A stretch of DNA of 64,000 nt from Mobula hypostoma (GCF_963921235.1 NC_086107.1:108564001-108628000), one strand, 5' to 3'. Positions 25,331 through 37,483 are shown, counted from the stretch's first letter. The notes: generated by a model not told the origin, from the sequence alone. Translations and numbers: made by a program.

Positions 25331-26347
25331 GCTAAAGGGTCCACTCCATCATGATACTAGCCTCTGTAATATCCAGGTCATCTTCAAGGAGAGATGCCTC
25401 AAGAAGGCCTCGTCCATCATTGAGGACCCCCACCACCCAGGTCATGCCTTGTTCTCGTTGCTACCATCAGGAAGGAGGTACAGAAGCCTGAAGGCACACA
25501 CTCAACGATTCAGGAACAAGATTCAAGATTCAAGATTCAAAAAACTTTATTGTCATTCTAACCATACATCAGCTCTGCAGGGCAGAATGAGACAGTGCTT
25601 CTCAGGGGCTGTGCAATCACGCAACACTAAATAATAAACGTAACAATAAGTAGTAAAACACAACAGCCACATGTCAGTTAAAATCAGTTATAAGTGTCCA
25701 GTGCAAGTTAAGAGTGTCCAAAAGCAGAGTCAGGTGGAGCAGCTATTTAGCAGTCTGACTGCCTGTGGGAGGAAGCTGTTTAGTAGCCTTGTGGTTTTAG
25801 TTTTGATGCTCCTGTAACGTTTGCCTGATGGCAGAAGAAGAAACAGTTCATGGAGAGGGTGTGAGGGGTCTTTAATGATGTACCGTGTCTTCTGGAGGCA
25901 TCGACTGCTTCCCCTCTGCCATCCGGTTTCTGAATGGCGTTGAATCTACGAATTCTACCTCACTACTTTTCAATTTTTTTTGCACAAATTATTTAAGTTT
26001 AATATATATACTTACTGTAATTTAAGTTTTTTTTTCTATTACTATATATTGCATTGTAGTGCCCACACAAAGATAACAAACGCTATGACATATGCGGGTG
26101 ATGTTTGACCTGATTCTGATTGCGACGAGACTTGATCATGATCTCTGGTGCTGTCAGTGTGGAGTTTGCACGTTTTCCCTCTGACCAGGCAGGCTTCCTC
26201 TAGAAACTCCTGTCTCCTCCCACATCCCAAAGATGTGCTTCTAGTTTGATCGGTCACCGCAAATGACCCCCCCCCCCACCTGGTGTAGTTTCATGACAAG
26301 GAGAATCGAAGGAGAGCATTTGTATGAAAAAGTAAATGAATACATGA

Positions 26348-27129
26348 CACGGGACCAAAAATTTTTTGGGCAGTGTCGCTTCCTCAGAATTGTTTTGTTC
26401 ATGTTATACCACTTGAAGCTGAACACAAATATAATTTCAGACTACTTGTATCACGTAGGAATTTGGAGAAACAAGAAACTAAGTTTTATTGAATATAATG
26501 TGTTTAATTGCATAATGGTGCCGATGTTTTGCAATAGTTCAACCAAGCTAAAATGTTTTGTTGATGACTTTCATTTGTACTCAGTGTCTGAGGCTTCTCG
26601 CTTAAGTGTCCAACAATAATCAGCCAGCATTGATGGATTCCAGTTGCCCTGATACCGTTTCTCCATGACCGCAATGTCCTGGTGAAATCTTTCACCGTGC
26701 TCGTCACTGACACTGCCAAGATTTGCAGGGAAGAAGTCTAAATGGGAATGCAGAAAGTGAACCTTCAGTGACATGTTGTACTTCATGGTTTTGTGTGCTT
26801 GAAGCATGTTGTCAACCAGCTGCACGAAGTTTGGTGCTCTGTAGTTGCCAAGAAAATGTTCAACAACATCCTTGAATGCTTTTCATGCAATTTTCTCCTG
26901 TCCAAAAGGTCATTGATGACCTATTTGATTTGTGGGCCAACAAAAATGCCTTCCTTAATCTTGTCATCAGTTACTCTGATTTGAATAATGAATTGAAATT
27001 ACAAATATTGGCGATTTGAAAAAATAGTGCATGATAGGGAAATTTCATGATGATTTTCATGATCGGCAGCCCAAAGTCCATAAGATAAACCCAAAAGTAT
27101 TCAGGAAGCAAAATCTTTGTTGACCAGTG
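26348..27129 (-). mobile_element. Internally deleted Chapaev3-like (CMC) DNA transposon
   Basis: ORF 26571-26825 MSLKVHFLHSHLDFFP.NLG.VSDEHGERFHQDI..MEKRYQG.W..SMLADYCW; CAC...GTG termini with imperfect TIRs. Confidence 0.75.
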
Positions 27130-27214
27130 TTATAGGAGTGCAGGGTAATAAGAAGAGGAGTGAACAAACTTATAGGATTTATGATCTCGTTCTTTTCTGG
27201 CATATATGACAAAT

Positions 27215-27460
27215 AAACTCTTCTTGGTCTTCCAGCTGGGTACAGGTATTGATTACAACCAATGCTTCATTGACAAACTTTGCCATTTTCTTCATGGGTA
27301 ATGCCTAGGCAGGTCTAGTCTGATGGAATTTATACCTCATCGTCCGTGGTTATTCCCCATCCAATCAGGTTTTCGCTCTCGCATCTTGTTTACAATCGAA
27401 TTCCAGTTCTTACTTGCAGTGAGACCTTCATCTTTGTTAAAATTTTGATAGGATTGTTTT
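27215..27460 (-). mobile_element. Second PLE family (Poseidon-like) 3' end with decayed hammerhead
   Basis: NFNKDEGLTASKNWNSIV resembles a GIY-YIG C-terminus (N.N.D.G..L...W); followed by a degenerate tgaagaa...gaagca core. Confidence 0.45.
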
Positions 27461-27832
27461 TCTGGGAGCCGGCATGCTTTATAGCGCCAGCGATTGGGGT
27501 TTAATTGCTGTGGCTGTCTGTAAGGAGTTTGCCTGCTTCCTCCTGTGACTCTATGGGTTTCCTCCGGGTGCTCCGGTTTCCTCCCACAGTCCAAAGACAT
27601 ATGGGTTAGGGTTAGTCAGTTGTGGGCATGCTATGTTGGAACAAAAAACATGGTGACCCTTGCGGGCTGCCCCGAGCACATCTTTGTGTTGAGTTGTTCT
27701 TTGATGCAAGTGACTCATTTCACTGTACGCTTTACACGTGACAAGTAAATTTAATCTTCAATCCCCAGTATAGGTTAATGATATGAAATATCAAAGGATA
27801 GCTGATGTGAGAATAAATTGTCGAAGGGCAGG

Positions 27833-28170
27833 GAAATAATAGAAAGGAAAGAGGAACTTTTTCCCAGGGATGAAATGGCTAGCATGAGAGGGCACAGTTT
27901 TAAGGTGCTTGGAAGTAGGTACAGAGGAGATGTCAGGGGTAAGTTTTTTACGCAGAGAGTGGTGAGTGCGTGGAATGGGCTGCTGGCGATGATGGTGGAG
28001 GCGAATACGATAGGGTCTTTTAAGAGACTCCTGGACAGGTACATGGAGCTCAGAAAAATAGAGGGCTATGGGTAACCCTGGGTCATTTCTAAGATAAGGA
28101 CATGTTCGGCACAGCTTTGTGGGCCGAAGGGCCTGCATTGTGCTGTAGGTTTTCTATGTTTCTATGTTTC
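27833..28170 (+). mobile_element. CR1/HER1-like 3' fragment
   Basis: LFPR...RGHSFKV.G.RYRGDVRGKFFTQRVVSAWN; (TTTCTATG)n tail. Confidence 0.8.
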
Positions 28171-28249
28171 TAACTGATGTGATTGCGTTTCTGGGAGCTG
28201 GTTTAGAACTGCTTTCTCTGCGTCCTTATCATTAATACAAGATTCCTGA

Positions 28250-28416
28250 TCAAGATTTGCAAGGAAGAAGTCTAAATGGGGAAGGCAGAAAGTGAGTCTT
28301 TAGTAGCATGGCCAACAAAAGTGCCTTCCTTAATCTTGTCATCAGCTATTCTGACTTGAATTATGAATTGAAATTACAAATATAGGAGATATTTGTTATT
28401 TCAATTCATAATTCAA
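28250..28416 (-). mobile_element. Second, more decayed Chapaev3-like fragment ending in a fold-back
   Basis: Matches 26720-27010 by eye. Confidence 0.6.
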
Positions 28417-30345
28417 CCTTGCTTGTGAAGTTTCCCACAATGGAGATAGGTTCCATGCCACGGACAATACCTGTGACATCTTCTATCACCGTCTAACTTG
28501 TCCTCCTTCTCCTCCTCCAAACTTATTATTCTGGCATCTTCCCCCTTTCTTTCCAGTCTTGATGAAGGATCTTAGTCCAAAACGTTGACCGCCTACTCGC
28601 TTCCATGGATGCTGCCTGACCTGCTGTGTTCCTCCAGCATTTTGCGTGTGTTGATTTGTGGGAAGCATATTGCTTATGTGGAACACGTACAGAGTGAAAG
28701 ATAATCCACACTGATTGCTTAACTCTGCTGCAGGTTGCACAGCAGAGGGGAAAAATTGTCTTGAAGTTTGAAGATGTTTCTCTTATGGTCAACAGGTGGT
28801 AGGTCTGATGGAAGGTCACACTGTTACATTAAACGATATATGATACTCTAATAATGCCTGTTAAATCTGCCCCTTCAATCTAACTCATGCCAACAGGGAC
28901 ACTGTGAATACAAGATATCCAATTGATCGTTCACCCAGAGATAGGAAGAAATTTCTTAACCCAGAATCTGACAGTTCTTTAGAATTCCTTAAGACCCAGA
29001 TGCAGACTGCCTCCAAGACAGAGATGGATAAATTTTAGTATATTAAGAGAACTGAGCAGAGTAAAGCGGGGTTGAAGTTACGTCATTACCAAAGGCGCAC
29101 CTCCCTCCGCTAGTCTGCAAGGTCTAGCACCTGCTTAGCCCCGCGATCAGGGTCCCGTGAAGCCATGGAGCAGGTGACGGATGGTCATATGAGCAGCTGG
29201 TGCATATCACAAGTCTTGGTTTTGTGACCACTGATGCCAGGCGGACAATCTCTGAAGAGTATCGATAATGGCTGGGGTCACCCATCTTGTAAAGACACTG
29301 CCCAGGAGAACAGGGCTTGTGATGTGCATCACCTGCTCATACAACCAGAAGAAGGCAATGGAAAACCACTTTAATTGTATTTATTTATTTACTTGTTGAG
29401 AAGCCACACTGCCCAATTTAATCCCCTGATTTAACCCTAGCCTAATCATGGGAAAATTTTACAATGACCAATTAATCTACCAACCAGTATGCCTTAGGAC
29501 TGTGGGTGGAAACCGGAGCACCTGGAGGAAACCCATGTGATCATGGGGTGAACGTACAAACTCCTTACGGGCAGCAGCGGGAAATAAACCAGAGTTGCCT
29601 GCACTGTGGAGCGTTGTGCTAACCACTTTGCTACTGTGCCACCTCTACTTCTGTAGAAAAATTCGTCAAGAACAATCATGGTCTTGGATAGGCCACAATC
29701 CCCAATGGCATATAATGGTGATGAAAACTATTGGTGCTGAATTAAGGAATAAATCAAGATCCTATCAAATCATGGATTGTTTATGAGGGGCTGAATGGCC
29801 TCTTCCTACTTCCCTTTCTTCTAATTTCTTTGAAGGACTGCTGCCCCTTTAAGGGGTATGTAACACTTCAGGCTGCTGCATTGTGCGTTGGAAGTTCCAG
29901 AGGCAGGCTGCAGGAACAACTGAACAAACACAAGAGATTCTGCAGATGCTGGAAATCCAGAACAACACACACAAAATGCTGGAGGAACTCAGCAGGAATT
30001 CGGGCGGAGGCTCTGATGAAAGGTCTCAGACTGCAGTGTCGGCTGTTTGTTCCTATCCACAGATGCTGCCTGACCTGCTGAGTTACTCCGGCATTTTGTG
30101 CTTGTCCACACAAACACACACACTTTGCTTGAGGTCGCTGTGTGTGCTTCATGTGCGTTGGCGAGTGCAGACTACAAGGTGCCGGTGTAGCTGTGAGACA
30201 CAGGCGGTGTGCTGAGGGCAAGACAAGTCCAGATCCACTCACACCATTCCCAGAGCAGGACTGGTACGCACCTTCCAAGCACATGATGCCTCTCGGCATG
30301 GTGAGGGGAATCACTGTGGGGGAGGGACGACAGCTGAATTTATTT

Positions 30346-30565
30346 GCACAAAATAATCTGCAGATGCCGGGGTCAAAGCAACACTCACAACACGCTGGAG
30401 GAACTCAGCAGGTTGGGCAGCATCCGTGGGAAAGATCGGTCGACGTTTCGGGCCGGAACTCTTCGTCAGGACAGACTTGACGAAGGGTTCCGGCCTGAAA
30501 CATCGACCGATCTTTTCCACGGATGCTGCCCGACCTGCTGAGTTCCTCCAGCGTGTTTTGAGTGT
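30346..30565. mobile_element. 220-bp palindromic PLE-derived element with two inverted hammerheads and a 14-bp TSD
   Basis: TSD agctgaatttattt at 30332-30345 and 30566-30579; about 90-bp inverted arms. Confidence 0.85.
30439..30472 (-). ncRNA. Minimal type-I hammerhead ribozyme motif (near intact)
   Basis: Reverse complement gtc-CTGACGA-a-gagttccggccc-GAAA-cgTC-gac; one stem II mismatch. Confidence 0.65.
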
Positions 30566-30869
30566 AGCTGAATTTATTTTCTCCTTTCTTTTCCTTACTG
30601 GGGTTGAGTTCAGCAAATATGAACTACCCTCCTTACCACACATATTCTGTATCTCACCCATATTCTGTATCGCCCACACTCTTTACCCTCATCCATGTTC
30701 TGCACCTTGGGGAATGGCAGGGTGGGGATCACGTGCAGATAGAAAGGATTAGTTGAATTGACATTATGCTTGGCACAACTTTGTGGACCGAAGAACCTGT
30801 TCCTTTCCTGTACTGTTGTACGTTCCATGGGGAATCACAGCCCAGAGCGCCATGATAGAGTTGCCCTAC

Positions 30870-31050
30870 TCTTCAGAAACGGCGCCAAGCAATCTTCCAC
30901 CTGAGAAAGCAGCTCTGAACACCTCATATGCTCGACAAGCACATCTGACAGTGCACTCCTCCCTCAGGACAGTCAGTTCCATGCCCCAGTGTCTGGAGCA
31001 GGATTCGAACCCCTGACGGATGAAAGTGCTATACAATGACGCAGGCTGGC
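30870..31050 (-). mobile_element. DeuSINE-like remnant
   Basis: Minus strand B-box ggttcgaatcc followed by ctgagggaggagtgcactgtcaga, a Deu-domain-like core. Confidence 0.5.
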
Positions 31051-31449
31051 ACAATCAGATCACGCTGCTGATGTTATGTTTCTTGTTGCATTAGCAGGGG
31101 GAAGCTGGCCCACACTGAGAACCTTTTGCTGACACTTGCCCAGTAGGACCTGTCACCATGGGTATCCATTCCCCTTCTCGGTGAACAGGAATCTCTCTGA
31201 CAGGATTTTATCTGCACTCGAGTGCTTACTTGGAGCGAGTAGGCTCTGAGGCACTCGAGCATGTTCTGGCTTCTTTCACTTCTCTCCAGTCCTGTGCTCC
31301 TCTCATCCCGATGAATAATTCCCTGCCCTGCTTTATTCTCCAGTCAGAGTTCTCTTCTCTCTTCAGTTATCATTAGAAATGAAACCAGAGTCCAGCAGAG
31401 TATCACTGACTGGTGACAGCGAGGAGATCGACAGATTGCTGTTCTCTAT

Positions 31450-31681
31450 CTGCACACAACTGCGTCACACTCACACACTCACAATTACTCAGATTCTCAC
31501 ACACATTCACAATTACTCACATATGTACTGACCCACACACACACACTCATGCACACACATACGCTCACGCACACAATTATTCAAATACTCTATCACACAC
31601 ACACACTTATGCACTCACAATTTCTCAGATCCTCACACACACTCATGCACTCACACACTCACACACACAATTATTGACATA

Positions 31682-31713
<32 letters not shown>

Positions 31714-31815
31714 TATGTGCTCACAATTATTCACATACCCACACATACTCACAATTTTTCATATATTTACACACAATTATTCACAGGTGTACACATGGAC
31801 ACTCACAATCACTTG

Positions 31816-31862
<47 letters not shown>

Positions 31863-32075
31863 ACCCACTAGCCACATGTCCTCATGCACATAGGCACACA
31901 GAAATTCCACACAGTTATCACTTACACCTAAACACTCACATATACCTGCAAATGTAAATAAAACATGCATAAACACACACATGCACTAAACCCGGAAACA
32001 TACATGTGCATTACATGACTACACACATGCGCGTGTACACACACAGAACAGACACACGCATAAACATGTGTGTGC
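31450..32075. repeat. Degenerate and pure (CA)n low-complexity tract
   Basis: Pure CA runs near 31688-31711 and 31818-31859 inside CA-rich sequence. Confidence 0.95.
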
Positions 32076-32261
32076 ACTGTCCAATCATCCTTCACCCAAG
32101 AATTCCCCTTCCCAACTTGTAAGTTGGAGATTTAGACTCAGAGACGAATAGCAATCACAGTGCCAGGCACTATTGTAGGTAGGAGGCAGGTATGACGAAG
32201 GGAACACTTTCAGTACGTTGGATGAACTCAGCAGGTCGGGCAGCATCAGTTAGAAACAATG

Positions 32262-32297
32262 AGTCGAAGTTTCGGGCTGGAACCCTTCGTCAGGACT
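32262..32297 (-). ncRNA. Minimal hammerhead motif with a stem III palindrome mutation
   Basis: Reverse complement agtc-CTGACGA-agggttccagccc-GAAA-ctTC-gact. Confidence 0.6.
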
Positions 32298-32785
32298 GAA
32301 GAATGAAAGATGGGGAAGGATTTGAAGAATGCTTGTAGCGTCAGTTGATAGACCAGTAATTTGAAAGACAAAGGGGTGGGGGAGGGGAAGCATTGACGTC
32401 ATAGCCCTGAAAACAATGGGTGGTAGAAGAAGGAGGCAGAACCATGAGGGAGCTGGGGGAGGGGGTAGAGTGAAATAGGGATAGAGGAAGGGAGGGGGAG
32501 GGAATTACCGGAAGTTGGAGAATTCTATGTCCATACCAAGGGGCTGGAGACTACCTAGACGGTATATGAGGTGTTGCTCCTCCAACCTGAGTTTAGCCTC
32601 ATCATGGCAGTAGAGGAGGCCATGTATGGACATAGAATTGGTTCCACCTCCTTCTTCTACTACCCATTGTTTTCGGGGCTATGACATCAATGCTTCCCCT
32701 CCCCCACCCCTTTATCTTTCAAATTACTGGTCTTTCAACTGACGCTACAAGCATTCTTCAAATTCTTCCCCATCTTTCATTCTTC

Positions 32786-32821
32786 AGTCCTGACGAAGGG
32801 TTCCGACCCGAAACGTCGACT
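32786..32821 (+). ncRNA. Intact minimal type-I hammerhead ribozyme motif; predicted cleavage after C32817
   Basis: Stem I agtc/gact, CTGACGA, extra A, stem II gggt-tccg-accc, GAAA, ACGT palindrome, GTC cleavage triplet. Confidence 0.8.
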
Positions 32822-33764
32822 CAGCGTTTCTGACTGATGTTGCCCGACCTGCTGAGTTCATCCAGCGTACTGAAAGTGTTGCTTTGATCTTTTACAGCAT
32901 CTGCAGATTATTTTGTGTTTAAGGTATGATGAAGGGCCTTGGCCTGAAATGTTAACTCTTTACTCTTTTCCATAGATGCTGCCTGACCTTCTGAGCTCCT
33001 CCAGCATTTTGTGTGTGTTGCTTTGAACGTCCAGCATCTGCAGATTCTCCTGTACTTTTGAGGAGGCAGGCATTGTTGTAGAGGGGCTTCATGATACGAA
33101 AACTCCTTCTCTCCTGCCTACACTCAGTAATGAGCTCAATATGAAGATACGAGTTGTGGAAACGCCAATGCCCTTGAATGGAAGATGCTACAAAATTTAA
33201 TGGATGTTGTCCAGCCCATCAGAGGTAAAGCCTTCCCACAACTGAGCACATCTGTAGGAAGCGCTGTCGCAGGAAAGCAGCACCTATCATCAAGGAACAC
33301 CATCTTCTCACTGCTGCCATCAGGAAGGAGATACAGGAGCTTCAGGTGGTGCACCACCAGGAACAGTTATTACCCCTCAGCCATCAGAATCCTGAACCAG
33401 AGGGGATAATTTCTCGGACCCCAACACTGAACTGTTCCAACAACCCACTTTCAAGGACTGTTTGTCACATGCTTTGAATACTACTGCTTATTTATTATTG
33501 TTATCGTTTTGTTTGTTTTATTTTGCTTTTTGTACTTGTCTTTTGCACTGTGAATGCCTGCAAGAAAAGGGATCTCAGAGATGTATATGGTCACATATAT
33601 GTACTTTGATAATAGATTTACTTTGGACTTTGATGACATCAGAGCGATGAGGTCGATCGACTTCTCCACTGTGATCCCGGGTAGGGGTAGCATGATGCAA
33701 ATCCTAGCACACAACACCAGTTTCTCTTGCACAGTCCTGGTTACTTCCTTGATATAGGGAGGGG

Positions 33765-34060
33765 AGAGAAGTTTGTGGGTTCAAGTCCCACTCCAAAATC
33801 TGATCACGAAAGTCTGGGTGGGCACTTCAGTACAGCAGTGAGTGAGTGACACACTGCCACAGGAATCCCGGATCAGGAGAGGTTATTATGAAGAGGATGA
33901 CATATATTCTCCCTGGTCTCTACCCCAACACAAATTCTCCATCTCACATCACTGAAAATTAATGACCTGGTCAATATCACAATGGTTTCTACGGGAGCTC
34001 GCTGTGTACCGTTTGCTCAACTACATCACTCCCTGGCTTTGAGATGCTTTAAAAAGACTA
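33765..34060 (+). mobile_element. DeuSINE-like (AmnSINE/SacSINE-type) remnant
   Basis: B-box ggttcaagtcc, decayed cagt..tgag.gagtg.cactg core, ttctccctgg and tggtca.tatcaca.tg.t...tgggagct.gctgtg segments. Confidence 0.5.
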
Positions 34061-35764
34061 AGTAAATTTATTATCAAAGTACATGTATATCACCGTATAC
34101 AACCTTGAGATTCATTTTTTGTGGGCATTTAAGGCAAAATAAAGAAATACAATAGGATTTATGAAAAGAAACTATAAATAACAAATACTGAAACAACCAA
34201 TGTGCAAAAAGAGACAAATTGTGCAAAAAATACTGAGAACATGAGTTGTAGAGTCCTTGATAGTGAGTTAGTAGCATGTGGAATCAGTTCAGAGTTGAGG
34301 TGAGTGAAGTTATCCATACTTGTTCAGGAGCCTGATGGTTGAAGGGTAATAATTGTTCCTGAACCTGGTGGCGTTGGACCTGAGAGTCCAGTATCTACTT
34401 CCCTATAGTAGTAGTGAAAAGAGGGCATAGCTTGTTGGTGAGGGTCTTTAATGATGGATGTCACTACGGAAATTAATATCGTTCACCTACACCCCTAACC
34501 ATTCACATACACTGAATACTGGAAGTGCTTTAGACTTGGGAATCAGTTAATCAGAATCAAGTTTTATATCACTGGTATATGTCATGAAATTTGTTAACAT
34601 TGCAGCAACAGAACAATGCAATACATAATAATAGAGAGAAAAAATATATATATTAAGTTGTTAAATTAATTAAGTAATGCAATAAAATTGAAATTAAAAG
34701 GTAGTGATAGAATTCATGGGTTCAATGTCCATTCAGAATTCGGATGGCAGAGGGGAAGAAGCTGTTCCTGAATCGTTGAGAGTGTGCCTTCAGGCTTCTG
34801 TACCTCCTCCCTGATGGTAGCAATGAGAAGAGGGCATGACCTGGGTGATGAGGGTCCTTCATGATGGATGCAGCTCCTCGAAGATGTCCTGGATACCACG
34901 GAGGCTAGCGCCCATGATGGAGCTGACTAAGTTTACAACTCTCTGCAGCTGACTTCGAGCCTGTGCGGTAGCCCCCCTCTCCTCCCCCCACCCGCCTTAC
35001 CAGACCGGTGATGCTACTAGTTAGAATGCTCTTCTTCATGGTACGAATATTTTTGGTGACATACCAAATCTCCTCAAACACCTAATGAAATATAGCCGCA
35101 GTCTTGCCTGCTTTATGACTGCATCCACGTGGTGGGTCCAAGTTAGGTCCTCAGAGAACAAGCAACCTTATCACAGACCCCACTGGACTGAACACTCTGA
35201 ACAAGGAACGTTTCCGACCCCTCCCCACTTCCATCCCTTAGCTAAAAGGATGATACAACAATGAGCCTGGGAGTTTCAGGAGAATTGGAGCTCCGCAGGA
35301 AACAAAGTGGGTGAGTGGGTGTGATGCAGGAGTCTTTAATTATCTTGGGCTGTTGTAACTCTTGAGCACTGGATGTCAAAAAGAAATTGGTTTTTACTTC
35401 CATCTTCACTAAATCCTGTTACAAATCCCAAATTAATCCACTTATGCACTTAACAAAATGACCCAGACTTGCGTTTCCACAAAGAATATTAACTTCACCG
35501 AGAAACCTTTCATTCTTTGTGGGAAATATGAATTTGTGTGTGTTCAGAAAATATTATCACTGTCAGGGTTCTATAGTTCACTGGGAACTAAGCCAGGAGA
35601 CTGGCTTCTGTTTAAAGATATGAAATAGATTGACAAGGTGGCAATGTCAATGTTGGATTATATCGACAGTTCTTACATCCTCAACCCTCTCATTGCTCCT
35701 AAAATGAATTCAGGTAACTTATTCAGTGTGTTGGAATCTTATGTTTCTGGAGACAGAGGATAAT

Positions 35765-36410
35765 CATCGAATCATAGAGCATTACAGCATAGAAATAGAT
35801 CCTTCAGCCTATCTAATCTGTGTCAGACTATTATTCCGCCTCATCTCTTCAGCTTATACCCGGACCATAGCCCCCTCCGCCCTTCCCATCTATATATCTA
35901 TCCAAACTTCTGTTAAATGTTGAATTCAAATCAACATCTAACACTCTCACCATCCCCTGAGTGAAGAAGATCTCCCCCTGTTTCCCCTTAAACATTTCAC
36001 CTTTCACTGTTAGCCTATAACCTCTCATACCAACCTCAGCAAACCTCTATGGGAAAAAAAACTTCCTTGCATTTACCCTCTCTATACCCCACATAATTTT
36101 TTATACCTCTAAGAAATCTCCACCCATCCCCTTGCACTCCAGGGAATTAAGTCCAATAAAGTTCAGCCTTTCCCGATAACTCAAGTCCTCAAGTCCCAGC
36201 CATATTGCTGTAAATTTTCTTCGTACTATTTCAATTTTATTTCCTGTTAGATGATGACCCAGATCTGTGCACAATACTCCAACTTTTGCTTCACCAACGT
36301 CTTATACCACTTCAACATCCCAACTCCTGTGCTCAGTACTTTGATTTATGAAGGTCAACATGCCAGAAGCTCTCTCTGTACAATCCTATCTACTTGTATT
36401 GCCACTTCCA
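35765..36410 (-). mobile_element. CR1-like fragment
   Basis: Reverse complement of CR1 ORF2 end and tail seen elsewhere in the window. Confidence 0.65.
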
Positions 36411-36740
36411 TGTAGAAGTTATGTGAATCGCCTGTAGGATACGCTCACTGTGCATTGTATTATACGGAATCATATAATATTAAATGGCCTCTCAAAGTCC
36501 AACCCTACATCGCCGTTGTGAGAGGTGGAAACAGGTAAGGCTGGCCAACAGGCCTCTGGTGAAGCTGTTTAGGCCAATCCCCTCGTCAGAAGATATAATG
36601 GATTTCAAAAACATTGATGAACTCCAACCAGAACATCAACTTCAGAGGACAATGGAGGTGGGAGGTCATCAATGGCCCTAGCTCCACTGGCAGCTAAAGG
36701 CCCAGGTAAGTCCATGTGATATATAATATATATTGTATAC

Positions 36741-37047
36741 AGTGGCAAAGTGGTTAAGGCATTGGACTAGCGACCTGAAGGTCGTGAGTTCGAGCCCCAG
36801 CCGAGGGAACGTGTTGTGTCCTTGAGCAAGGCAACTTAATCACACATTGCTCTGCGACGACACTGGTGCCAAGCTGTATGGGTCCTAATGCCCTTCCCTT
36901 GGACAACATCGGTGGCGTGGAGAGGGGAGACTTGCAGCATGGGCAACTACCGATCTTCCATACAACCTTGCCCAGGCCTGCGCCCTGGAGAGTGAAGACT
37001 TTCCAGGCACAGATCCATGGTCTTGCAAGACTAACGGATGCCTTTAC
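36741..37047 (+). mobile_element. tRNA-derived SINE with RTE-type 3' tail
   Basis: A-box tggcaaagtgg, B-box gttcgagcc; tail shared with 38290-38490. Confidence 0.8.
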
Positions 37048-37483
37048 TTGTATATCATTATGATATGATATACGCACTCGGTATATCACAGACAATATGA
37101 AAACACTGAATACAGAAAGATTGGTTACAGAGGAATGCTCTTTCTACATTGTCCTGTCAAACACTCACTGTATGGGTCAGGTACAGAGCAGAGCTCTTTC
37201 TATGCTGTCCCATCAAACACCTTTAAAGAAGGGTCAGCACAGCTTAGGTACAGAGTAAACCATCAAGGTGGTTAAGTCCCCAGGGACTGATGGGAACTAT
37301 CCCGGGATTCTGAGCGAAGCAAGGGACAAGACTGCTGGGGCGGAAAAGTGATTAGCACAGCAACAGGATGGTGCCAGCAATCGGGTTCAGTTCTGCCGTT
37401 GTCTGTAAGGAGATTGCAAGTTCTCTCCATGACTGTGTGGGCCATCTCTGGGTGCTCCAGTTTTCACCCACGTATTAACCATG

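Larger units (their letters stand above)
32203..32921. mobile_element. Penelope-like insertion with inverted 3' ends, GIY-YIG C-terminus and 15-bp TSD
   Basis: 32203-32445 is inverted to about 32640-32880; minus strand encodes SIHGLLYCHDEAKLRLEEQHLIYRLGSLQPLGMDIEF; TSD aggtatga(c/t)gaaggg. Confidence 0.85.

Noticed and set aside
31413..31957. His/Thr-rich ORFs
   Set aside because: Translation of (CA)n low-complexity DNA
36741..36810. tRNA gene (also at 37484)
   Set aside because: A and B boxes run straight into a repeated SINE body with no oligo-T terminator
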